A stretch of 63,007 nucleotides of DNA, the filler included, from Sphacelaria rigidula (taxonomy: Eukaryota), in NCBI GenBank assembly GCA_964200075.2. It is 11 parts of 11 records of this genome, joined end to end, with 100 filler letters (N's around TTAATTAATTAA, not from the genome) between each part and the next. Parts side by side here need not be neighbours in the genome. Positions count along the whole stretch, not along the records: positions 57,372 to 63,007 come from CAXNAA020025678.1; 10 more parts are not named here. The stretch is one strand, 5' to 3'. Within the stretch, counting starts at the first letter, position 1. Each line of letters opens with the position of its first letter. This document shows positions 62,642 to 63,007 of this stretch, in pieces. The notes beneath the pieces are model-generated. The model saw only the letters and a list, made by a program, of their open reading frames with translations. It was not told the origin of the DNA and searched no databases. Position numbers and translations under genes: made by a program.

Positions 62642-63007
62642 CGGTCTGCAGCGTACTGGATCTTACAGTGTTGAACGTGCCGAGTGTACGCAGCATACGT
62701 TGGGATATCGCACCATGACTACCGCCGCGAACGCCCCTGACTACGGTAGATCAATTACTCGGCGATGGCGGTCGCCTCACCGTCGAAGCACTTGTCTACA
62801 TCCACGTGCGTCGGGTACTCGTGGCCGCCGCTCGCGTGTTGCGCCATGACGTTCGATGATACTAGGTGTGGAGCTAGTACGACGCCCAGGCAGTACTGAA
62901 CAGACAGATACAGTGTATCGAAGAGCTCAAACACCTACTTTTTGGTTATATAATCTATGGCTGATTTGGCATGCTCAAAATGAGTTATGAGGGTGGGCAG
63001 CGAATGT

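Noticed and set aside
22950..63007. Functional linkage among the OGT, ankyrin, Tic110-like and DUF1336 genes
   Set aside because: They lie on different contigs that are adjacent only because of length sorting.

Overview
This is not one locus. It is 11 unrelated short contigs of almost identical length (5638, nine of 5637, 5636 bp), sorted by size and joined by an artificial 100-bp linker (N44-TTAATTAATTAA-N44), so neighbourhood across linkers has no biological meaning. The DNA is eukaryotic: GT-AG introns, short exons and dense repeats. A photosynthetic stramenopile such as a brown alga is my inference from exon/intron style and a Tic110-like gene. Host gene fragments: five TPR exons of an O-GlcNAc transferase (contig 5), the 3' end of an ankyrin-repeat gene (contig 9), five exons of a Tic110-like protein (contig 10) and an EDR2/DUF1336-like exon (contig 11). 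Mobile DNA: two families of decayed Ty3/Gypsy elements, a Ty1/Copia element with a Gypsy nested in its RT, two tRNA-derived SINE families and MITEs with hAT-, Mutator-, piggyBac- and Sola2-like signatures. I see no intact novel multi-gene system. The best leads are a recurrent terminal motif AGCCGATCAT-N2-3-TGTTG at three element junctions, a possible decayed KDZ-type transposase, a Gypsy LTR with no canonical tRNA primer site, a Sola2-like MITE, and an unrecognised disrupted multi-exon gene in contig 1. All protein assignments are by-eye motif recognition, not database searches.
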